A DNA stretch of 64,000 nt from a virus (IMGVR_UViG_3300023184_000081:16242-80241), one strand, 5' to 3'. Positions 1 through 10,564 are shown, numbered from the stretch's first letter. Notes: generated by a model not told the origin, from the letters alone. A program made the numbers and translations.

Positions 1-4
1 TCAG

Positions 5-1183
5 TTGAGCACCGGTGCCGTGGATATATGTATAGTTAATCCGACATCTAGTCCTGCATGTCCAGGATATCAAATTGCTATGTGCGCTATTAATGAATTA
101 TTTACTCCATCATGTCCTGGATATCAGCAAGCATATCTCACTCAACAGTGCGGAATAAATTCATTATATGATACTGCATGTCCAGGATACGCAGCCACTT
201 ATTTACAATATCAATGTTCTTTAAGTCCACTATATTCTTCAACGTGTGAAGGTTACGCAGCTGCATATAAGACACAGCAATGCGATCTGGACGGATTATA
301 CGCAAGAGATTGTCCGAATTATGCGGAAGCCTATGCTAGAAGATATGTTCTAAATATTTCCCCAACTACGTCTTATCAAGCTGGGCCAGCGGCGGGTGGT
401 GACCAGTCATCGTATAATAGTCAGAACTCAAATTCCGGACCAGCAACGATGGGCTATAGTGGTCCTGGTGCAACAAACGTCACAACAACCCAACCAGTAA
501 CTTCGATTAGTAATACTGGACAAGTTTCTACTGGAGTTAATTTGACGAGCAATAGCACAGTTAACGCGATTATCTCCGCGCCACCAATGACTGGTCCAAT
601 GGCAACAAATACCAACAATCCTGTTGCTTCCGCTATTGCTCCGGTTCAAACACAAATGGCTGATGGACCAATGGCAACGTCCGCGCCAGCGCAAAGACCA
701 GCAGAATCGTCACCAGAGCAAAGATCATCTACTGCATCTAACGACGGACCAGCAACTGATAGTTCTACACCTGCTCCAAGGCAATCTTCTACATCGGCTC
801 AAGCAAGTCCTGCGCCGCAGCAGAGTAATACTCAAAGTGCTCCGGCACCAACTGCTCGCCAAGAACTTCAAGCCAAACGAGAACAGGCTGCAAAGGCACA
901 AGCAGTTGAAGCCGGAAAGAACTTGGCAAATGAGATGGGCAAGGCAGCGTCAATGGAACAACAGATCTCCGTGCAAAATGTAGTTCTTCAAGCAATGGGT
1001 TATAGTCCAGGATTCGCTGGGTATACAAAGGGATATATCCCCGACGTTGCAGGATATAAATCGCACACAGCATATGCCAATCAAAAGAATGTGGACAACG
1101 CAAGACTAAGTCGTGGTTTATTTGGTGCCACTGATAGATTACATAATGATATGATCGAATCACAATATCAATTAGAAAAATAA
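5..1183 (+). CDS. Cys-repeat / low-complexity hypothetical protein (probably 5'-truncated by the window edge)
   Basis: Five C-x9-C[PE][GN]Y repeats (e.g. CIVNPTSSPACPGY, CAINELFTPSCPGY, CGINSLYDTACPGY), then an S/T/P/A/Q-rich linker and a helical C-terminus. The frame is open back to position 2. Confidence 0.7.
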   Translation: MSTGAVDICIVNPTSSPACPGYQIAMCAINELFTPSCPGYQQAYLTQQCGINSLYDTACPGYAATYLQYQCSLSPLYSSTCEGYAAAYKTQQCDLDGLYARDCPNYAEAYARRYVLNISPTTSYQAGPAAGGDQSSYNSQNSNSGPATMGYSGPGATNVTTTQPVTSISNTGQVSTGVNLTSNSTVNAIISAPPMTGPMATNTNNPVASAIAPVQTQMADGPMATSAPAQRPAESSPEQRSSTASNDGPATDSSTPAPRQSSTSAQASPAPQQSNTQSAPAPTARQELQAKREQAAKAQAVEAGKNLANEMGKAASMEQQISVQNVVLQAMGYSPGFAGYTKGYIPDVAGYKSHTAYANQKNVDNARLSRGLFGATDRLHNDMIESQYQLEK

Positions 1184-1194
1184 AGGAATTATAA

Positions 1195-1791
1195 ATGGCA
1201 GAAGAAATCAAAGACGTCAATGCAAAGATTGACGATCTAGAGGCAGCGGCAAAGAAATACGCAAGTAAAGATACAGTCATTAGCATTGGCGGATATGCAT
1301 TCACTCCGGCAAAATTGATGGTAGCCTTTACTCTTATATCTTCTATCCTTGGTGGTCTTTATGGCACATTTGAGGTATACAAAGATTATCAGGGCATGAA
1401 GAAAAAGATCGCTGAATATGTTTCACCTGATTTAGCTGAACTATATAAGAAAATAGAAGTGCTGGATGCTAATACTAGCAAGATGACTGAATACACCAAT
1501 AACATTAAGAACGATCTGAAGTCGGACGTTCGTAGATTAGAAACTGTAGTCGAGAGTGTTGAAAGAACTACCAAAACAGATCAACGTATGACCGATACTA
1601 CTGTGAAAGAAATTAAACGAGACGCAGATAATACTTTGAAAGAAATTAAGCGTGATGTTGATACTACGCTGAAAGAAGTTAATCGTGAAATCGTGAAGAA
1701 TCAAAAAGAAACAGCCGCTGATATTCGCACAGTAAGAAGTGAAGTTGACGCCAAGATTAAAAAAGCATTGGATAATCCTCTAAGCAATTAA
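1195..1791 (+). CDS. Single-TM coiled-coil membrane protein
   Basis: Hydrophobic segment LMVAFTLISSILGGLYGTF followed by heptad-rich repeats (KEIKRDADNTL/KEIKRDVDTTL); RBS AAGGA. Confidence 0.75.
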   Translation: MAEEIKDVNAKIDDLEAAAKKYASKDTVISIGGYAFTPAKLMVAFTLISSILGGLYGTFEVYKDYQGMKKKIAEYVSPDLAELYKKIEVLDANTSKMTEYTNNIKNDLKSDVRRLETVVESVERTTKTDQRMTDTTVKEIKRDADNTLKEIKRDVDTTLKEVNREIVKNQKETAADIRTVRSEVDAKIKKALDNPLSN

Positions 1792-1826
1792 TCAAACTAA
1801 ATAGAATATAACTAGAAAGAAATAAC

Positions 1827-2183
1827 ATGGAAGAAAAGAAACAAGAAGATTGGATGCAAAAAAAATGGAGACCTGCTATGGGCTGGACTTATATGGTTAT
1901 TTGTTTATTGGATATGGCAGTGTTTCCAGTTATTTGGAGCTTGGCTCAAGTCTTAACTAAGCAACCTCTTTCGCAATGGATGCCGCTTACATTACAGGGT
2001 GCTGGATTATTTCACATTGCAATGGGTGCAGTATTAGGTATTGCAGCGTTTGGTAGAACTCAAGAAAAAGTAGCTGGTGCCGCAAATAATATTGAACCTG
2101 CAAAACCTACAGCGGCACCAATTGGATTTGTATCAACAACTGCTACAAAGAAACCGGTTCCCGCTGAGGATCAATCACTTTAA
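1827..2183 (+). CDS. Holin of 3TM (GTA-holin-like) family
   Basis: EDWMQKKWRPAMGWTYM...PLTLQGAGLFHIAMGAVLGIAAFGRTQEK is the pattern of this phage holin family; hydrophobic helices. Confidence 0.7.
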   Translation: MEEKKQEDWMQKKWRPAMGWTYMVICLLDMAVFPVIWSLAQVLTKQPLSQWMPLTLQGAGLFHIAMGAVLGIAAFGRTQEKVAGAANNIEPAKPTAAPIGFVSTTATKKPVPAEDQSL

Positions 2184-2192
2184 GGATCTAAT

Positions 2193-2381
2193 ATGAAGTC
2201 ACTAATTTTGATTGGAACGCTACTATTCTTTGGATTGAATAGTAGTGTGTATGCTGCTGAAAGTAAGAAAGTTTGTAAAAATGTAACTGCAAAAGGTAAG
2301 ACGACTGAAAAATGTAGAACGGTGAAAATTCACAAAAAACTTGATGGCAAAAAGATTCCGGAAAAGGCGAAGAAAAAATAA
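2193..2381 (+). CDS. Small secreted basic protein
   Basis: Signal peptide ending VYA|AE, two Cys, Lys-rich; RBS AAGGA. Confidence 0.6.
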   Translation: MKSLILIGTLLFFGLNSSVYAAESKKVCKNVTAKGKTTEKCRTVKIHKKLDGKKIPEKAKKK

Positions 2382-2692
2382 TGGATAATATATTGATTAT
2401 ACGATTAATTAGTGGTGAAGAAGTTATTGCGAATATGTCACTGTTAGAATCAAGCGTCACCTTAAAAGCACCCGCATCTATAATTATTCAATCTGGACGA
2501 GATGGGCGACCATCTATGGGATTGGCTGACTATTTGATGTTTGCAGATAATAAAGAAATTAGAATTTCAACAGAACATATTCTATTTTCATACGAGCCGA
2601 ATGCAGATATCAGAAATGCGTATAATTCGGCATTTGGTTCTGGAATAGTTGTAGCAAAAACTACAGGAAATATTATTCCTTTTTCAAAATAA
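2381..2692 (+). CDS. Phage Sm-like domain protein
   Basis: IRLISGEEVIA...YNSAFGSGIVV pattern typical of T4-like Sm-fold proteins located next to gp43. Confidence 0.65.
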   Translation: MDNILIIRLISGEEVIANMSLLESSVTLKAPASIIIQSGRDGRPSMGLADYLMFADNKEIRISTEHILFSYEPNADIRNAYNSAFGSGIVVAKTTGNIIPFSK

Positions 2693-2749
2693 GCCTTTAC
2701 ATTTAGTTGTATATGAAGTATAATACTATATTGACTTATTGGAAATACT

Positions 2750-5251
2750 TTGAGCAAATTCTATACATCAGCTATTCTATGGGGAGATAATGTTCTTGTT
2801 CGTGGGTATGATGACGACGGAGCATTCTCCAAAAAGATACACTACAAACCGAAACTATTCGCTCTAGCTAAAACTAAATCAGCTGCGACTTGGTCGAGCA
2901 TTGAAGGACTACCTCTAGAACCAATAGAGTTTGATTCAGTCACTGAAGCTAAAAACTTCATCGAAAATTATAAAAATGTTACAGGGTTTCCTATCTATGG
3001 ATTTTCTAGATATGAATATGCGTGGCTGAATGAAGAATATCGAAATGAAGTTGTATACGATGTTGATAGAATTCGTGTCGCTAATATCGATATCGAAGTA
3101 TACTCTGGAAACGGATTTCCGAATGTAAGTTCTGCGAGTGAAGAAATTACTGCAATCACACTTAAGAAAGACAAAATTTTCTATGTGTTTGGCTGTAATA
3201 ATTATGAGCCTGAACGTGACGATGTAAAATATATTCATTGTAAGAATGAAAGGCATCTATTGAAGGCGTTCTTAGATGAATGGGAACGCTACGGCGCTCC
3301 CGATATTCTGACTGGATGGAATATATCTTTCTTCGATATTCCATATCTAGTCAATCGTATTCGTCAAGTTCTTGATGAAAAAGAATGTAAACGTCTTTCG
3401 CCATGGAAGCATATAAATGAGAAGACGACTAAATTCATGGGAAAAGAACATACATTAATAACAATCGTTGGTGTTGCAGTTCTTGATTATCTTGAGATGT
3501 ATAAGAAGTTCACATACACTCAGCAAGAATCTTATCGTCTAGATCATATAGCATTCACTGAACTTGGTGAAAAGAAATTAGATTTTCACGAACTGGGTTA
3601 CGAAACTCTTCATGAATTTTATGAAAACGATTTCGTTAATTACATCAATTATAATATTCGAGATGTTGAGCTTGTAGATAAACTAGACGATAAGATGAAA
3701 CTTATTGAGATGGTTTTAACTCTAGCATATGACGCCAAAGTCAATATGGCTGATACTTTCACGCAAGTTAAGATGTGGGATGTTATCATTCATAATCATC
3801 TATATAAAAAGAATATTGCTATTCCGCTTTCTGGAGGAGGTCATAAGTCCGAACAATTTATTGGTGCTTATGTTAAGGATCCACAAGTCGGATCGAGCGA
3901 TTGGGTAATATCATTCGACTTGAATTCATTGTATCCACACTTGATCATGCAGTATAATATTTCTCCAGAAACTATGCTGAAGGGTAAGAAGGCAGATATA
4001 TCTATTGATCACTTCTTGAGTGATAAACCACTTCCTCTTATCGATGGATATTGTCTTGCACCAAATGGAAGCTATTTTAAAAATGATAAGCAAGGATTCC
4101 TTCCTGAAATTATGGAAAGGCTCTATGCAGATAGAACGATCTATAAAGAGAAGATGATTGTTTCTCAAAAGAAATATGAAGTAGCAAAAACTCCAGAAGA
4201 GAAGAAAAAGTATTCTAAAGAAATATCACGTTTCAAGAATATGCAGTTGGCTAGAAAAGTGCAATTGAATTCTGCTTACGGCGCGATTGGTAATCAGTAT
4301 TTTAGATTCTTTGACATAGATCACGCAACTGCAATTACCATGGGCGGACAGTTAGCTATTCGTTGGGCAGAAAATCATTTGAACATCTATATAAATAGAT
4401 TGTTAAAAACAAATGAAATCGATTATGTTATTGCATCCGATACGGACAGTCTATACATTACTTTTGGTAGGCTTGTGCAGAGTGTTTTTAAAGATAGAGA
4501 CAACATTTCAAAAGAAAGAATTGTCGAATTCTTGGATAGGATTGCACGCGAGAAATTTGAACCTGTTATTGATGATATTTACCAGAGACTTGCTGAAAGA
4601 TGCAGTGCTTTCCAACAGAAAATGAACATGAAGCGAGAGGTTATCGCTGATAGAGGAATATGGACAGCTAAAAAAAGATATATTCTAAACGTGTATGATA
4701 GTGAGGGTGTTCGTTATGCAAAACCTAAACTGAAGATGATGGGCGTCGAAACAGTTAAATCATCCACTCCGTCTAGTTGTAGAGCAGCATTGACAGAGTC
4801 TTTGAATATTATCATGAATAATAGCGAAGAACGAATGCAAGAATATATCAAAGAGTTTAAGAAGAAATTTAAAACTCTACCGTTTGAGGATATATCGTTT
4901 CCAAGAAGTGTTCAGAATGTTCAATTCTATTCTAAGGAAACGAAAGCTATACCGATTGCAGTCCGAGGTGCGATTACATTCAATAAGGCTCTCAAAGATT
5001 TTAAACTAACAAAAAAATATGAGTCGATTAAAGATGGCGAGAAGATAAAATACTGCTATATGAAGATGCCAAATCCATTGCATGAAAATATTTTATCTAT
5101 TGTATCCATTCTTCCTAAAGAATTTAAAATCAATGCATATGTGGATTACGATTTGCAATTCGAAAAGGCGTTTCTTGATCCATTGCGATCAATATTAAAT
5201 GTGATTCACTGGAAAGAAGAACCGATTGCATCTCTAGAAAACTTTTTTTAA
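2750..5251 (+). CDS. gp43: DNA polymerase, family B (T4 gp43)
   Basis: ExoI DIEV, SFDLNSLYPHLIMQYNISPET, KVQLNSAYGAIGN, ASDTDS, KKRY; no intron or intein seen. Confidence 0.98.
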   Translation: MSKFYTSAILWGDNVLVRGYDDDGAFSKKIHYKPKLFALAKTKSAATWSSIEGLPLEPIEFDSVTEAKNFIENYKNVTGFPIYGFSRYEYAWLNEEYRNEVVYDVDRIRVANIDIEVYSGNGFPNVSSASEEITAITLKKDKIFYVFGCNNYEPERDDVKYIHCKNERHLLKAFLDEWERYGAPDILTGWNISFFDIPYLVNRIRQVLDEKECKRLSPWKHINEKTTKFMGKEHTLITIVGVAVLDYLEMYKKFTYTQQESYRLDHIAFTELGEKKLDFHELGYETLHEFYENDFVNYINYNIRDVELVDKLDDKMKLIEMVLTLAYDAKVNMADTFTQVKMWDVIIHNHLYKKNIAIPLSGGGHKSEQFIGAYVKDPQVGSSDWVISFDLNSLYPHLIMQYNISPETMLKGKKADISIDHFLSDKPLPLIDGYCLAPNGSYFKNDKQGFLPEIMERLYADRTIYKEKMIVSQKKYEVAKTPEEKKKYSKEISRFKNMQLARKVQLNSAYGAIGNQYFRFFDIDHATAITMGGQLAIRWAENHLNIYINRLLKTNEIDYVIASDTDSLYITFGRLVQSVFKDRDNISKERIVEFLDRIAREKFEPVIDDIYQRLAERCSAFQQKMNMKREVIADRGIWTAKKRYILNVYDSEGVRYAKPKLKMMGVETVKSSTPSSCRAALTESLNIIMNNSEERMQEYIKEFKKKFKTLPFEDISFPRSVQNVQFYSKETKAIPIAVRGAITFNKALKDFKLTKKYESIKDGEKIKYCYMKMPNPLHENILSIVSILPKEFKINAYVDYDLQFEKAFLDPLRSILNVIHWKEEPIASLENFF

Positions 5252-5259
5252 GGATTAAT

Positions 5260-5631
5260 ATGACCACCCACGCAGTAGTTCCCGCAGAGTATCTTTCATT
5301 GGATTATGGATTTTCGGCTGTTGATGAAAGTGCTATAAAGCCAATTGAGTCCATATCGACGACAGAACAAGCTATTCCTTCTCAGGATATTCAACGTCTT
5401 GAAGAAAAAATAGACGCGCTTACTTCACTAGTATTTCAATTGGAACAACGTGGAGACGAAAATATAACTGAAGCGCAGTTGAAAGATAAGATACACAAAC
5501 TAGAACAGATTATCGTTCCGCTTCTAAATAATCTTTTAAAGACTGCAGATAAGGAATATATCTTATGGCCGAATCGTGGTCCAATAGTTCAAAAACAATT
5601 GGATGCAGTATTAGCTATTACAAGAGGCTAA
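5260..5631 (+). CDS. Conserved T4-like hypothetical protein downstream of gp43
   Basis: DYGFSAVDE...IVPLLNNLLKTADKEYILWPNR; RBS AAGGA. Confidence 0.75.
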   Translation: MTTHAVVPAEYLSLDYGFSAVDESAIKPIESISTTEQAIPSQDIQRLEEKIDALTSLVFQLEQRGDENITEAQLKDKIHKLEQIIVPLLNNLLKTADKEYILWPNRGPIVQKQLDAVLAITRG

Positions 5632-6450
5632 ATGATTGATAAGTTACTATGTAATGAGATACAGAAAAATTCTAAATCAGGATCTGTAGCTGTTTTAATG
5701 TCTGGTGGTGTTGATAGTATTTCTTGCGCTTTCTCTGCACATAGATTAGGTAAGAAAGTTCATGTGTATACGTTTCATTTAGAAAACGATCCTTCATATG
5801 ATGCAATAAAGGCTATTGAAGTTGCAAAGATCATGAATTGGGATTATACTTTAACTGAAGTTCCTACTAAAAATCTCGAGAGTGATTTTATACATCTAGC
5901 TACAGATATCAAATGCAAAAAGAAGACTCATTTTGAATGCACATTTCCATTTCTATATGTATATCCGAAGATAAAAGAATCTGAGGTAATTTCTGGAATT
6001 GCAGCTGATGGTCATTATGGAGTTTCTAAGAAAGCGTGTATTCATTACAAATCACCAAAATGTAAATTCGATGAATTCCGTATAGATTATTTTTCACAAA
6101 AAAATCCTGCAGGATTGATTCAACAAAAAATTCTAGCTAAACAATATGGTAAGAAATTCATTGCTCCTTATTTAGAATCAAATGTAATTGATTTCTTTCG
6201 ACGGTATGATTGGTATGAATTGAATAAACCATTTCAAAAACATCATGTAGTGAATTCTTTTCCTGAATTTAAAGAAATAGGTAAGTTTAAGAAACATATT
6301 AATCTTCAATTAGGTTCAAACATAGATAAATTATTTGAAACTCTTTTAGAAAACGATAGAATCAATTTCAAGAAACGAATTCGAGTTATGGATATATGTC
6401 GCGATTGGAGTAAATTAGGTAAAAGTTTATATGAAGATCAAAATCAATAA
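5632..6450 (+). CDS. PP-loop ATPase, asparagine-synthase-like C-terminal domain only
   Basis: LMSGGVDS PP-loop and ISGIAADGHYG (cf. SGEGADELFG of AsnB); no glutaminase domain. Confidence 0.75.
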   Translation: MIDKLLCNEIQKNSKSGSVAVLMSGGVDSISCAFSAHRLGKKVHVYTFHLENDPSYDAIKAIEVAKIMNWDYTLTEVPTKNLESDFIHLATDIKCKKKTHFECTFPFLYVYPKIKESEVISGIAADGHYGVSKKACIHYKSPKCKFDEFRIDYFSQKNPAGLIQQKILAKQYGKKFIAPYLESNVIDFFRRYDWYELNKPFQKHHVVNSFPEFKEIGKFKKHINLQLGSNIDKLFETLLENDRINFKKRIRVMDICRDWSKLGKSLYEDQNQ

Positions 6451-7318
6451 AGACAGATCATTAGCAATTTTTACGGGGATTACACTTTCATTTGTATCCG
6501 CGTGGTATGCCATAACTGGATTAGCTGCTATATTTTCTGCATCGTTTTGGCCAATCATTATAATGGGAACTACTCTAGAGATAGGTAAAATTATTACAGC
6601 TTCTTATCTATACAGAAACTGGAGTATATTACCCTTTCTGATGAAAACTTATTTTTCTATTGCAGTTATTATATTGATGTTTATCACGAGTATGGGTGTT
6701 TTCGGATTTCTTTCTAAAGCACATATAGATCAGAATCAATCTTCAGGTGACGTTCAATCTAAGATAGAAATGATAGACTCTAAGATAGAAAGAGAAAAGA
6801 GTCGGATAGATACTAGTGCGCTCGCCCTCAAACAATTAGATTCTGCAGTCAATAAAATCATTTCAGATAAAGATGCAGAGCAAGGATTACGTTATAGAAA
6901 GAGTCAAGAAAAAGAACGGTTATCAATAAACAAAGAAATTAAAGATGCACAAAAAACTATTGATGAACTTCAAACAGAAAAGATGCCACTAGCAAAAGAG
7001 ATGCGTGCTGCCGAAAAAGAAGTCGGACCTATTCGTTATGTAGCCGAATTAATCTACGGAGAATCTAACAAAGAAATATTAGAGAAAGCAGTGCGATTTA
7101 TGATCATCGCTTTGGTTTTAGTATTAGACCCATTGGCTTTATTACTCATAGTTTCCGCCAATATTAATTATTCGCAGAAATCCAAACCGACAGATATTTC
7201 TAATAAATATTCTATGGAAGCTCGGAAGTGGTTTAAGAGTAACGCAAATGCAGTAGCAACAGATGGTAAGAATTGGATGGAAATGCCAGACGTAACTGTA
7301 ACAAAAACAAAAAAATAA
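6431..7318 (+). CDS. Multi-TM membrane protein with coiled-coil
   Basis: Three N-terminal TM segments, GVFGFLSKAHI, a coiled coil, EVGPIRYVAELIYG, and a C-terminal TM with DPLA. Confidence 0.8.
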   Translation: MKIKINKDRSLAIFTGITLSFVSAWYAITGLAAIFSASFWPIIIMGTTLEIGKIITASYLYRNWSILPFLMKTYFSIAVIILMFITSMGVFGFLSKAHIDQNQSSGDVQSKIEMIDSKIEREKSRIDTSALALKQLDSAVNKIISDKDAEQGLRYRKSQEKERLSINKEIKDAQKTIDELQTEKMPLAKEMRAAEKEVGPIRYVAELIYGESNKEILEKAVRFMIIALVLVLDPLALLLIVSANINYSQKSKPTDISNKYSMEARKWFKSNANAVATDGKNWMEMPDVTVTKTKK

Positions 7319-7373
7319 GCCTTTACATATCTCGAAATATAGTTTATAATATACTTTATACAAGGAGTTTCAT

Positions 7374-8483
7374 ATGTCGAAATACGATTTTATCAAAAAC
7401 ATGATTAAGGATCTTGGCGATGTTGATACACATTTGGCGGACGATGGTTTACATTCCTCAGAATATTCTGGAGCTATCGATACTGGCTCTTATATTCTTA
7501 ATGCTGCACTAACTGGAAGCATCTACGGCGGAGTTCCAAATAATAAGATCACCGCATTCGCAGGTGAAAGTGCTACAGGAAAAACATTTTTCGTTCTAGG
7601 AATTGCTAAAAGGTTTCTGGACGATAATAAAGATGCAGCAATTTTCTACTATGACACAGAAGCTGCTGTTACTAAACAGATGATGCTTGATCGCGGGATT
7701 GATACGAAACGAGTTATCATTGTTGAAACAGATACCATTCAGAATTTTAGAACTCATGCGATTAAAGTCCTAGATAATTATGCTAAGATCTCGAAGGATG
7801 ATCGTCCTCCAATGCTTATGATTCTAGATTCCTTTGGTATGTTGTCGAGCACGAAAGAAATTTCTGATTCTACTGAAGGTTCAGAAACCAAAGATATGAC
7901 CAAAGCTGCTTTAGCTAAAGCAACCTTTCGAGTGCTTTCATTGAAGCTGGCAAAAATTAATGTTCCTCTGATCATCACCAATCACGTCTATGCAGCTATC
8001 GGTTCTTTCTTTCCTACAAATGAAATTTCTGGCGGATCCGGATTGAAATACGCAGCATCACAGATTGTAATGCTGTCAAAGAAAAAAGATAAAGAGGGAA
8101 CTGAAGTCGTAGGCAATATCATTCACTGCAAGATGCACAAGAGTCGAATGACAAAAGAAAATAAGATGGTTGATGTTAAACTATCTTATTCTAAAGGTCT
8201 AGATCGCTATTATGGATTGTTGGATCTTGCTGAAAAATACGGTATCATTAAGAAGGTCAGCACTCGTTACGAACTTCCAGATGGAACTAAAGTTTTTGGT
8301 AAAACAATTAATGACGAACCAGAAAAATACTTTACAAAAGATCTCCTTGATCAATTAGAAGTTGCAGCTGCTCGTGAATTTAAATATGGACAAGAAACTA
8401 AGTCCGACGATGGATCAATTGAAACTACACAGAAGAAAGTAAATGAGAATCGAATCGACGATACTGAATCATCTGTTGCATGA
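7374..8483 (+). CDS. uvsX: RecA-like recombinase UvsX
   Basis: IDTGSYILNA, Walker A AGESATGKT, YYDTE, ILDSFGML, SGGSGLKYAAS. Confidence 0.96.
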   Translation: MSKYDFIKNMIKDLGDVDTHLADDGLHSSEYSGAIDTGSYILNAALTGSIYGGVPNNKITAFAGESATGKTFFVLGIAKRFLDDNKDAAIFYYDTEAAVTKQMMLDRGIDTKRVIIVETDTIQNFRTHAIKVLDNYAKISKDDRPPMLMILDSFGMLSSTKEISDSTEGSETKDMTKAALAKATFRVLSLKLAKINVPLIITNHVYAAIGSFFPTNEISGGSGLKYAASQIVMLSKKKDKEGTEVVGNIIHCKMHKSRMTKENKMVDVKLSYSKGLDRYYGLLDLAEKYGIIKKVSTRYELPDGTKVFGKTINDEPEKYFTKDLLDQLEVAAAREFKYGQETKSDDGSIETTQKKVNENRIDDTESSVA

Positions 8484-9858
8484 TGATAGCTATGCACGAA
8501 AAGTTATTCCCTTCCTTAAAGAAAAGTATTTTGTAGATTCAAGCGAAAGGCTCGTTTTCAAACAGATCGAGTCTTTCGTTTCAAAATATAATTCACTGCC
8601 AACAAAAGAAGCACTTTCAATTGAGTTAAATAATTTAATCGGAGTTGGTGAGTCTGAACATAAGCAATCTTCAGAACTTATCGACAGCTTAACTCCTCCA
8701 GAAAAGGTTGACGAAACTTGGTTGCTGAATACAACTGAGCAGTTCTGTCAGGAGAAAGCTGTATACAATGCCATTATGGATAGTATTCATATTCTGGATG
8801 GAAAGGAAAAGCATCAGGATAAAGGTAATATCCCACAGATATTGACTGATGCTCTTGCCATCTCTTTCGATAATCATATTGGTCATGATTTTCTAGAGGA
8901 CTTTGCAGAGCGATATGATTTTTATCATCGCGTTGAAGAGAAAGTTCTTTTCGATTTAGATATGATGAATAAGATAACTCGCGGCGGATTTTCTAAGAAG
9001 TCATTGAACATTGTCATGGCTGGAACTGGCGTTGGTAAAACTCTAGCGATGTGTCATTTCGCAGCAGCAAATATGATGCTCGGAAAGAATGTTCTTTATA
9101 TCACCATGGAAATGGCTGAAGAAAAGATTGCGGAACGTATTGATGCGAACCTTTTGAATGTTGCATGTGAAGATCTAGCTAATCTTTCCAAAGATCTGTA
9201 TGAAACAAAAGTTTCTAAGGTCCGCGCAAAAACTGTTGGAAAACTCATCATCAAGGAATATCCAACAGCAACTGCTCACGTTGGTCATTTCCGCCATCTA
9301 CTCAATGAGCTAAATCTGAAGCGAACATTCAAACCAGATATTATCTATCTAGATTATCTGAATATCGCTATGTCTTCGCGAGTTAAACCTGGAGCAAATA
9401 TAAATAGCTACACTTATATTAAATCTATCGCGGAAGAATTGAGAGGATTGGCAGTTGAATTTAATGTTCCTATCGTCAGCGCAACACAAACAACTCGATC
9501 TGGTTTCAGTAACTCAGATCCGGATTTAACTGATACCTCAGAATCCTTTGGTCTCCCAGCCACAGCAGATTTCATGATAGCACTTATATCATCGGATGAA
9601 CTGCAAAATTTAAATCAAATAATGATTAAGCAATTAAAAAATCGATACAATGATCTTACACTTCATTCTAAGTTCGTTGTCGGTATTGATAGATCTAAGT
9701 TTCGATTATATGATGTAGAGCAATCAGCACAGGAAGATCTTATCGTCGATAAGCCAGCGTTCGATAAGAGTAAGTTTGGGTCGCGTGCGAATGAAGAAGA
9801 TTCCATGCGTTGGGCTACTAAAAAAATGGGTCGTAAAGACTTTAGCGGATTTAAATAG
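8443..9858 (+). CDS. gp41: Replicative DNA helicase (T4 gp41)
   Basis: AGTGVGKT, YITMEMAEEKIAERIDANL, IIKEYPT, SATQTTRSG, SESFGLPATADF, KQLKNRY. Confidence 0.97.
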   Translation: MRIESTILNHLLHDDSYARKVIPFLKEKYFVDSSERLVFKQIESFVSKYNSLPTKEALSIELNNLIGVGESEHKQSSELIDSLTPPEKVDETWLLNTTEQFCQEKAVYNAIMDSIHILDGKEKHQDKGNIPQILTDALAISFDNHIGHDFLEDFAERYDFYHRVEEKVLFDLDMMNKITRGGFSKKSLNIVMAGTGVGKTLAMCHFAAANMMLGKNVLYITMEMAEEKIAERIDANLLNVACEDLANLSKDLYETKVSKVRAKTVGKLIIKEYPTATAHVGHFRHLLNELNLKRTFKPDIIYLDYLNIAMSSRVKPGANINSYTYIKSIAEELRGLAVEFNVPIVSATQTTRSGFSNSDPDLTDTSESFGLPATADFMIALISSDELQNLNQIMIKQLKNRYNDLTLHSKFVVGIDRSKFRLYDVEQSAQEDLIVDKPAFDKSKFGSRANEEDSMRWATKKMGRKDFSGFK

Positions 9859-9866
9859 GGTGTAAT

Positions 9867-10034
9867 ATGGGAAAAACTTGGAGAAAAGAACGCTACGAAT
9901 CAGACGAAAATTCCAATCGTAGTTTTGCTAAAAGCCAAAAAAGGCATTGGGTTGAGCAAGAAATTATTGAGGAATTTGGATATGAGGCATCAGAAGGCGA
10001 AGACGAAGACGAAGAAGTGAAGAATAATAAATAG
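9867..10034 (+). CDS. Small acidic hypothetical protein (55 aa)
   Basis: ATG at 9867 reads MGKTWRKERYESDENSNR...EDEDEEVKNNK*; fills the gap between gp41 and the next gene. Confidence 0.55.
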   Translation: MGKTWRKERYESDENSNRSFAKSQKRHWVEQEIIEEFGYEASEGEDEDEEVKNNK

Positions 10035-10058
10035 TGATATATCTTCATGGAGAACTAG

Positions 10059-10544
10059 ATGAGGAATTCGATATTATCAGTGCGAAATGCTCCGAAAGGA
10101 ACTCTAAAGCAATTTAGATCAGCTACGCGATCGATATCTGCTCATCTTCTTGGTAGTAGACTTTCCGAATTAATATCTATACATCTAATATTCTGTAAGG
10201 ATCTCTGTAAGAAAGAGTTCGTTTATGGAGATTGTGGCTGGGAAGACGATAGCTGTCCGCCAAGAATGTTTACGATACGCATAGATTCTGGTATGACGAG
10301 GTTCCAACAATTTATTACATTAAGCCACGAATTGGTTCATATGAAACAATTCGCTAAAGGTGAGCTTTATGATTACACTTATCGTCCAGAAATTACTAGA
10401 TGGAAACGAAGAAAAATTAATGTAGAGAAAACAGATTATCAAGATTTGCCTTGGGAAAAAGAAGCATACAAACTGCAAAGAAATTTAATTATTTCGTGGG
10501 CTAAAGAAACAGGGAATATGAAATTCATACACAAGAAAAAATAG
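10059..10544 (+). CDS. Zincin-like metallopeptidase (HExxH)
   Basis: TLSHELVHMKQF plus downstream PWEKEAY. Confidence 0.8.
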   Translation: MRNSILSVRNAPKGTLKQFRSATRSISAHLLGSRLSELISIHLIFCKDLCKKEFVYGDCGWEDDSCPPRMFTIRIDSGMTRFQQFITLSHELVHMKQFAKGELYDYTYRPEITRWKRRKINVEKTDYQDLPWEKEAYKLQRNLIISWAKETGNMKFIHKKK

Positions 10545-10556
10545 CCCTTTTGGTAT

Positions 10557-10564
10557 TATAAATA
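10557..10564 (+). promoter_or_regulatory. T4-type late promoter TATAAATA
   Basis: Exact TATAAATA just upstream of the 10570 ATG. Confidence 0.75.

Noticed and set aside
5632-6450. QueC / 7-deazaguanine pathway
   Set aside because: The protein lacks the C-terminal CxxCxxC zinc motif of QueC, and no folE/queD/queE/dpdA is seen in the window.
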